DNA from: Trichoplax adhaerens
Taxonomy: Eukaryota > Animalia > Placozoa
Length of the DNA: 64,000 nt
Assembly (NCBI RefSeq): GCF_000150275.1
Contig: NW_002060943.1
Location: 6,998,299 to 7,062,298 of the forward strand
Direction: 5' to 3'
A program made the translations under genes and the position numbers. Positions 25,819-40,500 of this stretch are shown in pieces. Positions within the stretch are counted from its first letter, which is position 1; every line of letters starts with the position of its first letter. The notes beneath the pieces are model-generated. The model saw only the letters and a program-made list of their open reading frames with translations, had not been told where the DNA came from and searched no databases.

Positions 25819-27877
25819 TTATTTCCAAACTGATAATGCATTATCGTCGCCTCCAGAAGATAGATATTTTCCCGATCTCGAGAAACAACAAGCTCTCACA
25901 GCAGATTTCGATCTCAGACTGAAATAGGAGAGTGTGTACATTAATACATTAGTAAAATTCTCACAGGTAATAATAATTATATAATATACTACATTGAATA
26001 GCATCGATATCTTTTCTAATTTCTGCATGGTATGAAGAAGTTTATTTATTTAAATTGGCCAAGCAGAAGTCACTTGAATATTAAAGGATGTAATCTATAT
26101 ACTATTAAAGAGAAAGTACAAATGTAATACTACTTTCTTTCCAGGTTATAAATATTATTATAGCATTCTACCCTAAGACTAATTCGTTTTATAGTAATAA
26201 CTATGTTCTATAGTTTTGTGTAAAGGAATAATTTAACATCACTAAAAGCGATAAAACTGTCCCTATATGTTCATGCATGTTCTATTTACAAGGGATTTTT
26301 AAAGAATCTAAAAATTTTCTCTTATAAGTCCCTATATTTACTCACACGTGCAATGGTGTCGATTTCAGCGCAGTCTTTTCCGCCTCCCAGATGCATATCG
26401 TTCGATCAGTAGACCCCGTAGCAATTTTTCCATCAGCTGAAAATGCAATTGTCTATATATAATACATAATAATTATGGCATTACCGGGTTTCGTATCAAT
26501 GACATGTATGCAAAGCAACGACATTAAAAACATGAATATCATGAATCTTAATCTATTTATAGTGTTAGCATGATTGCATAACAGCTACAAATAGTAACAG
26601 TAGAACGAAGTTTTACATCATTAATAATGCTACATACAACATCCTCATAAGAAACATGGCATTAAATCTATCAACATAGCGTCCCTTTAGATATTTCGTT
26701 CGTTGGAGTAATTAAAGCGAATAAAAATAATTTACATAGTTTTTCTAGCCATATCCATGTTCTGCGATTATATCGTTTATTTGCATCATTTAAAATATTC
26801 GAAAGAGATTCACTACTTGATATACAGATTAACTAAATATATAACAATCCTAACATTGTCACATAAATCCACATAACGAAAAGCCTACCAATCCATTGCA
26901 TAGATACGGTTTACATTCTATATTTAGAGGATAATGATGTTTCTATCGTAGTTAGAGTCGGTAGTTATTTCCAAATTCTTTTCATTTTGCACACTGTTCT
27001 ACGCCAATGTACTCTACTACCGCACTATACTTCATTTTGATATAATATAAAACTATCAAGTTACTGCTACTTTGATGCGATGTAATTATAGACTTACCGT
27101 GACCATTTCAGTATGATATCCCTCTAATATGTTGACTATTTCGCATAACATTGTATTCCACACCCGAACACATTTACCAGAACAGGATGCAATTTCACCA
27201 CCATCGCCACTAAATCGACACTGTATCACCGGATTATATGGATCAGTTAAAATACTAGTAATCTTACCGGAAACGCGATTCCATAATCGTATTGTCCGAT
27301 CGTCAGAACAAGTGGCTAATAAAATTCCATCAGGAGAAAACTGGGCAGAATGAATTGGCCCTTCATGACCTTCTAGGCATAGATATTTACCATTGATATA
27401 TTGTCCACTACCAGGTACAATATCATATAATTTAATGGTACAATCTTTCGATGCCGTGGCTAAACATTTACCATCAGGTGAAAATGTGCATGCCGTGACG
27501 GTATTTTCATGAGCTTCAAATCGTGCAACGCGACGGCCTAATTTAATATTCCATAACATAACTAAATGATCTTCTGAACCACTTGCCAAAATATGCGTAT
27601 CAATGGAACTAAAAGAGCAACAAGTTACAGCTTTTTTATGTTGCTTGAAAACTCGATATAATCGGCCACTTTTCAATTCCCACAGAGCAATTGTACTATC
27701 AGCAGAAGTGGTGACAATGAAGGTATCATCGGGTGAAAATTCAATGCTTAAAATTGGCGCTTCATGTTTTTCATGAATGTAATGGATGACTTTGCCGCCG
27801 AAAGTTTTACTACTGCTAATGCAATCGAAACCATTTTCTTTTTTAGAGATTTTCTTTTTACTTTGAGTATGTCCCAT
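25819..27877 (-). CDS. WD40-repeat (~7-blade beta-propeller) protein with an N-terminal MGxxxS plus polybasic motif
   Basis: Exons 27877-27098 (MGHTQSKKKISKK...FSPDDTFIVTTSADSTIALWE...GHEGPIHSAQFSPDG...), ~26452-26346 (TIAFSADGKIATGSTDRTICIWE) and ~25918-25819 (CCFSRSGKYLSSGGDDNALSVWK*). GH...WD-type repeats are repeated throughout. Orthology is not assignable by eye. Confidence 0.9.
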
Positions 27878-30649
27878 TTTTCTTGTTGGCAATTTTCAAT
27901 GATAATAAGTGATCATTGAGTAAAATGGTATTACAATGGATGAAAGTTGGTTTTTTTACAAATTTCTAGCACAGTTTATAGGATAGAAAATCCTGTGTGC
28001 ATGTAACACTAACCGAGATGTATTGTAAAAAATGAAAAATGAAAAAAAATGGATGACTAAGTAGCTATCAATTTATGTTATTAAACGTCAGTGTCCAAGA
28101 GTACTAGGGACATTGACCAATTATACGTGTTATAGATATTGTAGTAAATAATGGACAGTAGATGAATCAATATCGACCATTAGGGTTGTATAAGAAATAC
28201 AATATCAAATAATGCCAATCGTTAGGCGTTACTTTGTAGCAATACTGGATCCAATTTCCTATTACGCAGGTAGAAATTTTATCAGCTATTATAGAAATAA
28301 CAGGGTGTTCAAACTGTACACCAAAATTGAAAGATTGAAGTTAGACCAAGATATTGCCAATTAATACTGGTAATAGAAAATAATCTATGCCTCAATATCG
28401 ATTATTAATCAGTAATCGTTACAAAAACTAATAAAAACGACAGTACTCTATGTGTGTACAGTATCAGTAGAACATAGAAGTGTAAACTCCCTCGAATGAT
28501 TAAGTCGATAACAAGGCGATAACAATTTGAACAAGCTAGTCAATGCCCAAGTTACTAATTGCACAACATCTACAGCTATGCGAGTACAGATACGAATATA
28601 CGTATGTCCAGTTTTCCGATACAACAACTGGCAAATATTGCAACTTATCGGCTAGAGCAAAGAACAAGAAGAAAGTGATAGAAATAGATCGATGATCGAT
28701 CTAAAGCTTGGAGGATTCCCTTCGATTAACATAAGACTAGAAACAACTTATTTCAGTTAGAAAATCAAGCCAATATTGAAGATGGTTATCGATTTGCTGC
28801 GATGAATGATTTATAGCCGGTAAGAATTGATCGATTGGCGATATTGGACAGCCAGTAAAATCATGGAGGCCACGTAAAACCTACAAGGGAAATTCACACA
28901 GATTATTAGTGCACAAACAAGATCACAGCTATCTCGTTTAGAATACGAAAAGCAAATGAATTATTAGCATATAGGAAGATGTGGCACTGTGACGTCTGTG
29001 CAGCAGTAAGAGAGAAGAGTTGGAGACGGTGGAAGAAGTGTAACATTTTTACTTGAGTAGTCCCTGCTATTGGTACATGTGCTGCTGTCAAGTCCATTAC
29101 AAAAGCAACTGTATTATCAAGTGTAGATGTCCATAGGCATTCCCTATGCATTAACTACCAAAGAGAAAACCTTTCTCCCTCAGGCATCATGATCATGGAT
29201 ATATAGAGAAAACTTTTCAAAACAGATTCAGAACAAGAAATTCGACACAACTGTGCTGTAGACTGGTCGTTCTTTCAAGTTGATCCCATACTACTATAAG
29301 GCTAAAATCTTTTCTGACCCATCTCCCCTAATATGCGTAGAACCATACCAAGATCAAATCGTGGAGAATTGAGGGTTATGGCTGGTTTACTTTTTGTCAA
29401 AGAATTGATTTCCTGTATCATAAATTCATCAACTGTTGCTTAAAAAGAAAGAAAAAGGATTTAATTTCATTTAGTTTCTTTTTTTTAAATCACCTCTCAA
29501 GGATATACAGTACTTATAATAATTTAGCGTTATTATTGCTAACTTGCACTATGATTGGGACACTTTGAAACAAGGTTGAGATTAGGGGATAACACCGATT
29601 TATTTATCCTATTTTATCTATCAAGCCACTTACAGCAATCAGTGAGTCTTGCAAAGTAGTATAACATTATAGTGGTTGACACAATCCATCCACTACCATC
29701 TAAACTAATTTAGATGTTATTTACCAGCCATTACATTAAAATCTTGAATTACCTTACTGTTCATCGTTAAATCTACCAAATATAAAGAAATACTCTATGA
29801 AGGAGAATACTAAATATTAACCTTCGTTACATACTGTTAGAGGTGATTTCACTTTAAAATCAGCACTTATCATTATGACAGTTTGCAGAGAATTTTACGG
29901 ATCAGATTCGTGGTTCCAAATGGGCACTTCGCACAACTTAGAAGTAGCCTTATGTAATGCAAGAAATCTTTCCCTACTAATCTGCTATTATACAGCAACA
30001 TTAACATCAAAATTACTAACGGCTTCTACCAGGGAATACTAATATAATGATCGAGACAAATCGCTTTCTCATCACCTCATTGAATGCTCAAAAGCCAGGA
30101 AATTCTAACCAAATACTTACATTGTTTATTACATTGCATAACAATTATAGTAGTGAGCGCTAGGACAAATGTACAACATGGCGCTGTCTACCTCATGTCA
30201 TGTAAAATACTCTCGTTTTGACAGACTACTATAAAATTTCAAGAAGGAGAAGTCTTTGTGTCTTTTACTAATAGCAAATTTGAGTCATTTACTCTTTGTC
30301 GCAAGTGTCTTGTCTACAAGTCTATGCGGTAGAGCGGCGATTATAAAATATCACTTCAATAGGGTTTCAGTGATATGAAAAGTATGGAAACTCTTCTTTA
30401 CATTACTTCCATTTTCAACTCACGACTGGATATTAATGAAGTTTCTTAGCTGATAGTGAACGTGAGACTACGATATTTCATTATTAATTAATTAATCAAT
30501 GCAAGACTAGCATTATGTGAAGGATTTTTGCGTTTAGTAAAACCACCCCCCCCCAAAAAAAAGTTAAGGATTGTTGACTTATAAATTAGAAAAAATTCAA
30601 TACCAATTCCTTATTGTCTCTATCTTAGTTTCCTATAACTATCCTCGCA

Positions 30650-33600
30650 GTCTAGCAACTACCCATCTGCTATCATCTTTGTAGCCGTCCATTTCAACAA
30701 GCACTCGGTGTGATTGTAAGAAATATAAGATACAGAATACTACAATTAAAACAAGGCTAGGAATATTGCTTTATTGAAGATTACCACTATCCACTTGTAC
30801 GACTAGTATATCTGTAACTTGTCGACAATTTTAATCCCAATATGATACTAAAGCAGATTCCAAATGAAAGACATTTACTTTCCATAATATGGAATAGTTT
30901 TCGCCCTTTTAGTACTCGTATAAATATTGTCACGTCGAATCAATGCTTAATCTACGTTTCAGCCCCATTACAAAATCATGATATTAGAACATCAAGGCTT
31001 CTAGAAGTACAATATTTATCCACCGAAATCATAAAATACATTGGTAGGGCAGTATATGAGAAACTACAAATGCTTCGCCATTGCATTGGCAAGTCAACGC
31101 AATAGTAGACTTCCAGAGAGATTGAATCAAGTGTAATAATGGCAATGAATGGGATTATAACCTCCATCGGTTCGCAATCTACTAACTCTAAATTGAAGTT
31201 GTAGAGCAAATCTCGAATATAACACAAGCACTACTGTAATTTGCTGAGGTTACTATTCTACATTGCCTTTGACATTAACATTAGTGACATCGACGAAACA
31301 GGGAATTCACACGCGCATAGCTAGAAGTCTTGATAGTATCCAGTCGCTAAATTTCGAGAAGTTAACGTGGATGATATAACTGGTGATATTTTTGTAGCAG
31401 CATTGTCTATCAATAACACTTTCTACAACGATAGACTGGTAAAAACTCTCGACAAAGTCACGATTTATTCGATATCCATAGTAACATAGATTCTATAAGA
31501 ATTCATTTGAAAACTATCTATCTCTTTAAAAAGCAATGCCTAATTAATATCGGTATGTAAGCCAATAACAACACTAAACCCTAATAGAAGATAGGCGAGC
31601 ATATCCTATGTGAGTGGTTCTCGTAGTATAGTGGCTATATTTGAGATTACATCCGCTGGCGCTTGTTTATTATATCATGGAATTTTATCAATACATTACT
31701 CAATTATTAAAGTTTAAAGCACTTTAAGACTAAAGTAATAATGTGGATTAAACTTGTTTTGTTTAGTAGATATGGTACATTAACTTTTATAAATCATTTC
31801 CTCAGCAAATATTCATTGAATCATTCAGTCAAAATCCAACTAATTGAAATTTTCCATGAACGAGTAATAGCGAGAATAGTATCAACCATATTTACTTGGT
31901 ACAGTAATCGCTAAATCATAATTCTAAAAGTTGAGAAATTTTTAATGTTATCCATAGTAGTAGACACCATATAGTGCACTAAAGATTGATTAAGATATAG
32001 TACGATCTTCAGAAAATAGTTTCAACGTGAGTCTTACGTATAGTAGTATATAAAAATTCGCCAAATTACAATTAATCAAGTCATTCTGCGCAATATGATC
32101 GTAGTAATACTAAATTAGGCCTGCCATGATTATGCATGTCTTGTATACAATAAAGTGTATCATGCTTACAATAGTAAAAATCCGTTCTTGAAACGGTCTA
32201 AAAAAGCCATGATAGGGATCAGAGAAGATAGAGATGCAATAGAAATGCACTAGTAGTAGCAATAAGGATGAATTCGATTTACTCCTTAAGGATAGTAATC
32301 ACGCTGAATCAGGTTTAAAAGTGTACTGCATATGTGCCATAAAATAATGCATAACCAAACACTTGAAAACAGGGTAGACTCTAAATTCAGTTTCACAAGT
32401 AGTTCATTTTAAAGCTGTAGATCAAAGCGTCTCCTTCACTTATATCTTGGGATGAAAGTATATATCAGAGTGCAGCAACATCAATAACGTACATACGTAT
32501 GATGGCAATACTGGACAGGGTATTACCCGCAATTTCGAAGGACTTCTTCCACTTTAATCACAATTCAATATTTACAAACCTTTAGTCATCTAATTTAATG
32601 GATAATATCAATCATCTTTTAACATAAGGTCATCAAAGAATGAGATCGAAGAGGCCTACATGGATTTTATTGCTTCATAAAATTTGTGTTATTGTAACAG
32701 TTTCACTCAGTCTAGTCATTGAGTTTCAACAGAAGTTAAAACGTGCACAAAAATAAAATATAAAATTCCATGACAATGTCTAGATGAGATGATGCCTAAT
32801 CTTATAGTTTAAACTATCGTAAAAATTCGAATGCCCCTAGCCTAAAATGAGACAGTGTACCAACAGATATCGAAAGTGATCATGTATAAGAATCTTCTAA
32901 CGATCATCACTTGTAGTAACATTGTATAAGATAGCTTTTTCGCTAGTCTAAATAACTAATTCTATCCTTATTTGAAGTTGATACTACTAACTAAGCCAAA
33001 CTTGAACCAATTTCTACTACATTACAGAGCATATAAATGGAACCGCACGACATGATAACTACAATAACAAGACTACCATTATCCTAAATAGTATATAATA
33101 GATCATCCACTATCAAATAATATATCGACAGTTCTGATTTTGATGAAGTTAAAAAGCGATTATCGATACCATACAAGGTTAAAAGCTCTGTACCTGTATC
33201 TGTTTTAGGATAGAAAATTTCTGTAAATTTATCTATCGTATTGTAGCCGATGACAATTTAATAAGAAGTGAACTTTAGATCCGATCAAGACATAATCATA
33301 CCTTAATATAACAACTAAAAAGATATTTTACAGCACCAAAGGCATAAAATGCAATGATCATATTGATATTAAGAACAAACCAATCAGAATAAGGTGTAGT
33401 ATTGAATCAGTTTTTCTCTATCATCCGTCTTGAATACGTTATATAAAACTCATAGTTTTGGGCTAAATAGAATGGGATGCTACACGAACTATCAATAAAC
33501 TTAAGTTCACTCATAGTGGTAAAATGATTATCCTCTTTTTAATCGATGTATTACTCTCTATATGGTATGGCTAGTGCCACGATGGTTTAAACAGAACGTT

Positions 33601-36600
33601 TAATTCATTTATAACTAACTATTCCAATACCATTTCTTTTTGCTAAGGAAACCATGAGAGAAATTTAAAATGTTGATCAGGTTAACAACTTTAATACCCA
33701 AAATACAGTAATCAAGGCCTTAGATCAATCATCAAAGTGAATTCCATTCTTTCTGCTTTAGTATCTCTTACTGATGCCATCGAACAGCAAATATCGATAT
33801 AACACCATCAAGGAAGAGTAACTCCAAAGAGGTCAAAAAAAATAATAGAAAAACGCGTACCATTGCCAACCATTTATCAGTATCATTCTACAAACTTGGG
33901 TATTCCTATACCATGCACTCCATTCGTACAATATATGATGTACTATACCGGTATATATCCGTTTTCATCTTACGCTATTTTGACATTGTCAACGGTAACA
34001 TAATTTTTCATCAAGATTTCAACTAGATTTCTTTGATAGATCAATTTGTTTAAGCATCCATTTACTAAACTTTTCAACGAGGATATTACAGTCTACTTTA
34101 TAGTTTTTATAGATTTTTTAAGTACTTTGAAGAAGCAGATCAAAAATAAACCGCTAACATCAATAATGCCTGTCTTCTCGTAAAGTTACATTATGGAAAG
34201 TAGATAGAAAAATGAAGAAGCATCTTCATGACTAAAACCTGATTGACGGTGTCAAAGCTCTCTTTGATAGCAATTAGGAGAAATCAATCAGTCATTTTGT
34301 CGATACTAGACTCTATATCCTTGATTCTTAAAACTAAATAAAGTCTTAAATAGCTCTTTCTGCTACCCCCTTGAAAATTTTATAAATAATTTTTACCAAA
34401 GGCATTTATGGATTATCATTCAACATAGGCGATCCAGTTATAACATAACTGTTGTATGACTACGGAGGGAAAACATTCATTATCATAAATTTTAAATAGA
34501 TAATTCTATATCGAGATACAGTAATGATGACATCTGATGTAGCCTACTCTATATTGTCTCATTATTTTATTCATTCAGTTTAATTGCTAAGTTGTATTAA
34601 TGTTAAAACTTGACTTGTTCATCCTAATATATTAATAGAATAATGATGTCAATGATACAAGCCACTGATCGTGTTGAAACGAAAGTGATAGAGAAAGAAG
34701 GGAAAGAATTCGAAAATGAAAAGGAATAAAAACTGTAGAATTAATCTACCCATAAGATACGCTAGTGATAGTTATCCTTAGTCAGGATGGCATTATTCAA
34801 AGAAATTGAGATTAGACACGTTATTATTGTAGTTTGTACGTCCAAAAAAAAGCTTGTGTTAAACAAGATAGATAGTAAGTACTTTCATTTTCTACAATAA
34901 ATGTTATATCATTTTTCCTTTCCAATATTCAATTAAACATTAGTCATACAATCGCTTAAAACTGTCAATGGACTAACACATGAACTGCTATTGCCGTTGG
35001 AAAGAGATTAAAGGTTGCGCCATTACAAATTGAATTCTCAATCTTCAGTACTGACCATACATCATGACAAATTTTATACCTTCCAGTTCTAAAGCAGACA
35101 TAAATATCATCAATATTATGGTTTTCCCTTACTTGAAGTCGAAAAAGATTCTTTCTGATCGATTAAGGTTCTATACAAATCTTCCTTCTATCACCGTAGA
35201 AAATGAAACTCGTCTATACAGTTTTTCGTCTTTCTTTGATGGCCTTTATACACAAGAGTAAAATAAATGATAATATAGTATTTTAAGACTGGACCAATTC
35301 TACAGCTCTCTTTACAACGATAGTCTATTTAATTACTAGATATAAACTACAAGTTCTAGTTAGGCCAAAGATAGTAACAAACTCTTTCTATGAAAAAAAT
35401 TCTATCACTCTCTGGTATAGCACTTAGAGTAAACTCTACTATACTAACAAAAATAGACAAGTGCTGTCTTGAACATCTTATAATATAGAAATAATAATTA
35501 TTGCAGGTGGACAATCTACCTATTGACAACAATACGTCAATTGATGAAAGTATCGTTGGACAATAACTGCCAATTACACTATGGAAGAAAAATAGAATTT
35601 CTAAAACTATTATTACCTATAAACAAAAGGTAGATAGAATTTCGAATTGTCTAAATCCAATACCGCCCGAAATGATCCAAAAAATAGGAGGAAAAGTCGC
35701 CAGATGAAAAAGTCATTGATTGTAATTTTCCCCCTATTTTCGAGGCTATTAATTTATTCTAACAAGCTAATGTTTAATGTTTAAGCGGTTATCAACAGTT
35801 TTAGGCCCTATGTAAACTGATCATTATTATTGGTGTAGAAAATGACAAGGATAGAAATCTGCACTATAATCCATGAGCTATCCGTCATCATGTTCAACAA
35901 AGATATTAATCAATAGGAAAAATAGCCAAAATAATTCAAAAAGTACCAGTGAAAGAAGCTACATAACTAACTTCATCAAGTGATTAATATTCCAAGGTTG
36001 CTTGGTATTAACTTGAACATAATAGCATGGGCGAAAAAAAAATTGATTTGTCTGTCACCTAGAATGTTACGATAGGATTAAATCAATAAATTTAGGAATT
36101 TCCATACCAAGTATTCTTGGAATCATTATTGCCTTCCTCGATTTATTGACTTCAATCGAGTTTTCTTCTGCTTGGATTAATTCAATTTTACATGCGTGGA
36201 GATAAAACCATTTTTTTTTCACATTCCCTTTCATTCATTCCAAGCTTTATTTTTACAATCATTATAACTGTTAATGACAAATTATAGTAAGAAGTTAATA
36301 TTGCAAAATTTGCGTCACGGTAATGGATTATCCCCATATCCACCTTATTAGACAACAGCTCAAGGAATCTTGGTTGATAAAAATTCAAGAATAACTCTAT
36401 AAGTATATTGTTCATATTACAATTGTATCTCACTGGTTATGTTACTATTTTGTTTGAACCAAACTCTAACATCTCAAAATATAATACCTAAGTATTTCAT
36501 CATTTATGGAATAATTATTATCATATAATTAATAGACAGTATATATGTACTACAATATCTACTCAATTTCATATTCAATAATTCTATTACTGAATACAAT

Positions 36601-37560
36601 ATTATAGAACGATATATATTAAGTTAAGCACACTACTTTACAGCTCCATATCATATGCAGATTAAAAATGAATGATATATTCAATTTCAGAGAAATAGAA
36701 TAAATGCTTACGACAATGTATCATTAGCTATAAAAATGATTCCATATTTCTAGGAATTTTTCTTTCTATTTTTTTATAATCAAATAGTTGTGAAAGAGAC
36801 TAACAGTAAATGAACCAGATTTTCTAGTAGCCAAAGTCATTAAAGTCAATCAAATGACTAATTCATTGACTTTATACTATCCATTCTGTTAGGACTAAAA
36901 CAAGAATAAAATAAAGAACAATAAAATAGTTCAACGTTAAATGTATTCCATATACATGTCAAAACTATAGTAGTAGCCAATGAAATGGCTAGCAATCCAT
37001 TCTATTTCAATGGATGACAACCTTAAACTAAGTGGTCGAAAAAATATACACAATCATGGGTACAAAAGCGATGATATATTATTGTCATCGATATATGATA
37101 TCAAGTAATCCGTAATGTCATAAATATTGCGGAAAAAAGGCAATTAAAGTATAATAGCTGGTGTTGTATGACATCTTTCAAAGTCGAAAGTGTACAAGGA
37201 TAGCCAAAGACGACAATTCAATTACAATCATAGTGACCATTTATCTATTATTAAGTCAAAAATGAAACCTAATCATAATACTTCTCCAAGCTCGAAAAAC
37301 CATTACGTAAATATCAACATGAAGAAAATTGAACTACTATGGCAAATAGAGAATAACCATATTACTTGATCAATTAATGCATTGATGGATCATGTGATAC
37401 AATAATCGGGATTATGACGTCCTTTCCGCCAGATCTGCCATGATAAATTATTTTACTTCCAATTAATTGCTATGATTTCTATTATATTGTCAATACTCTC
37501 TAGCCAACCTTTAAGTGTGAGAAAGAGAGAAGTCTTGACGGATAATTAAGAGGTGAATAA
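30650..37560 (+). pseudogene. Highly decayed LRR-ectodomain GPCR (LGR, RXFP/GRL101-like) pseudogene
   Basis: Frame-broken relics in the expected order. LRRNT-like: TCTTSISVTCRQ...LKQIP (~30794-30861). LRR-like: LEVQYLSTEIIKYIGRAVYEKLQMLRH (ORF 30842), LEVLIVSS (31321), FKMLIRLTTL (~33664), LYILDS and LPKAFMD (34311-34413), INIMVFPYLKS and SSFFDGL (ORF 35064), QLMKVSLDNN (35538). TM-like: LGISIPSILGIIIAF (36092), FTIIITVND (36252), YPF (36878), IDGSCDTIIGIM (37381), IILLPINC...VNTL (37447). Many stops and frameshifts. Confidence 0.55.
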
Positions 37561-40500
37561 GATTAAACAATGTTGTCAACGTAAGAAAATTTATAATACG
37601 TAGAGTTAATTATCAAGCAATTTATATTTATCATAACATGGTGTCTTTTATCTCCGACAACATTGTACTATTACGGCCACAATTGCTAAATTAAAGGCTG
37701 TAGTTAATTTCTCGCGATATCAATGCGAGTCTCGATACTATCATAATATCGACAGGAGATCAAAAGAAAAAACTATGGAAGAGAATTATGAGGATATAAC
37801 ATCAATGGCACCGGCTTGTTACTGATAATTGTAAGCAATAGTCATAAAAAAGAGTCATAAATTAATTTTCGTATTAATAAAAACAGAAACATCTAATATA
37901 ATACGATTTAGTAGATGCTGAAGTAATCATCAGCAATCAATCGAACGCTAACATACAAAGGAGTATTAAATTAAAATTTTTTTAAATAATATTGCAGAGC
38001 CTACCACTGCTTAATAAAAGCTGCATGTGGGGTGATAATTTCTAGAAAGTACTTTAAATTAAATTTCGTAATAAAAGAAAGGCATTAAATATATTATTTT
38101 ATTCTAATAGACTTCAAATTATTATAATTCATTAATATACAGGCGTAATCATCATGAATTCCGTACAAAAAGATTTTTGAAAGAAAGTCATTTGTTAATA
38201 AGATAAATAATTAATTATTATACTAGTATTTCCGCGACTAACATAGGCCGATAATCATTAACTACAGCATGTAATACAAATTCCTAAAAGGATTCTAAAT
38301 TATTTTTATTGTAGTAAGAGAAGATAAAAATATAATATTCTCAATAGACAGACTTCAAAATAACTATAATCCATTGATATATATACACATTGTGGAATCT
38401 CTATACTGGTAATAAGAAGTTACTCCTGAAAAGTTTATAGATCACGCTATTTATACCGTACTTTAAGAATTACTATTAATTATATCATGCCGTAACATTC
38501 CTAGAAAATAATTAAGTATAATAGTGCTAGAGCTAGATATCGAGATTGTTATTTTAGTACTATTAAACCGGTGGATCGAATAAGCGAGTACAAATCCGTG
38601 AGTTTTCTCAAATAACTTAGAATAAATTGATATATTATGGTATCTGTCAGTCCAATTAAGAGGGATAAAACAGCTTATTCTGTATAAAGATATTCCAGAA
38701 GAACGCTAAAATTGAATATTGAATATTAAATAGCAAATCATATATCAGTAATTTCTAACTGCGTGTAAGAGAATACCATAGAAAAGAATCATAAATTAAC
38801 CCTATGCCAATAATTGGAGAAAAGTTAAAATTACAACAATAACCTGCAATAGACAGATTTCATAATTACTAGATTGGAATAATGTAGGTAAATTGCTATC
38901 CATATGTTGCAGAACTACGCATTCACGAACGTAGTAAATTAGAGTACATTAGTAAGGACAGGATGATATTATTAACAGCGCTTATCATTAACTATTTCTG
39001 AAGCTTAGTAACGTGCAGTAAATCTGCGTGTATGTTCATATTACGCAGATTCTATAATCTGATTACTAAAATCAATAGTGAATGGCTAAAGGTACTCAAT
39101 TAAATGATTTCCTCACATGTACGCCTATAATTTCTATTTTATAAATAATAATAGACTGTAGACATACTCGTATACCGAAATCATTACAACTCTCCATGCA
39201 TTTCACTTTCTGGATAATCTTTAATATCCTGTTGTATATAATACGGTATTCCTCGAAATTAATGCATTAGAAATTTTAGAACTGATATTCTATTTAATGT
39301 GCCAGCTTCATTGTTATGCAAAATTCCTGCACTGCTTAGCTTTGGATGTAGATAGAGAAGATATTAAATGATATATATAATTAAATAAGAATTTTTCTAA
39401 TTTCCGTTATGTAAGTCATATCTTTTTCCGTAAAGTATAAACAAAATCCTGTTCGCTATGGCGTCATTCCATAATGTTTCCATAACAATATTTTGATCGT
39501 CTGATAGAAAATTGGAATTCTTTAATTCTGTGACTTAGTTTAATTAAGAAAAAAAGGCAAAATGTGTAAAATTATAAAATTTTAATTTAAGTTCGAAATT
39601 ATTTACAATTTGTATGGCATCCACGAAGAATAAATTGTAAAATGTAACAGTAAGTTAATACGGGTAAGTTAATATTTATAAGTCAGTTAAAAGCTCTACG
39701 CTTAATATAAGCGAAGAAACAGTATACTATCACATGCAAGTTTAAGTCTGCATCGAAATAATTTCGGCGACGCAGCAGGCATTAGAGAAATCTCATATGG
39801 AGAATCTTTTTTTTCACTCATTAACTACATATTTCTTGCAATGAAAACTTAATATCGCCTGTAATTTGGGGTTATCCGATTGAATAAATGGTGTTTGCTG
39901 TTATAAAATTTATCACAAAGTAATAATATAATTCTTGTACTGATAGATCCATTTAAGAAGATAAATTTTACTCTATTTCCTTCTTGTCATTGAAGCTTAT
40001 GCAATAGCGGTGTTATCTTGAGGATAATTAAGCCCGTAAGGTTACACCTATGAATGCAACAATTGTAAATACGTATCAGTAATTGCTACATTTCTAGAGA
40101 TTTGTAATTATACCTTTCTCTCGCAGCCGCTAGGCATAAATGTACTATTGGCGATATAAATTATTTCATTTCATCAGTCTCATTTAATGCTACTGATTTT
40201 GGTACTAGTTAAATCCTTTTCATTAACTATAATTACTAGTTTCCAACTATCACCTTCATTATTCATTATTTCTTGTTAGAGTAAGGATATAATTCCTATC
40301 TTATTAGGTATTAATAGTTTCAATACAGGTACACAAGGAAAGTTAGTATCTTCTTTATTTCTTTACAACAGTATAACAAAAACAAAACCTTCACATTTTC
40401 CAGAAAATTTGCATAACCGGAAAATATAGATCATTAAGATATCATCTTGCTGTGAGGGTACCTGAATCTTTTACTCTTAAAAGAGGTAGATTGAATTATC

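Noticed and set aside
30976-31227. Minus-strand ORF with a GPCR TM3-like end (FMISVDKY)
   Set aside because: No other collinear TM relics on that strand; it is antisense to the better-supported + strand LRR relics.
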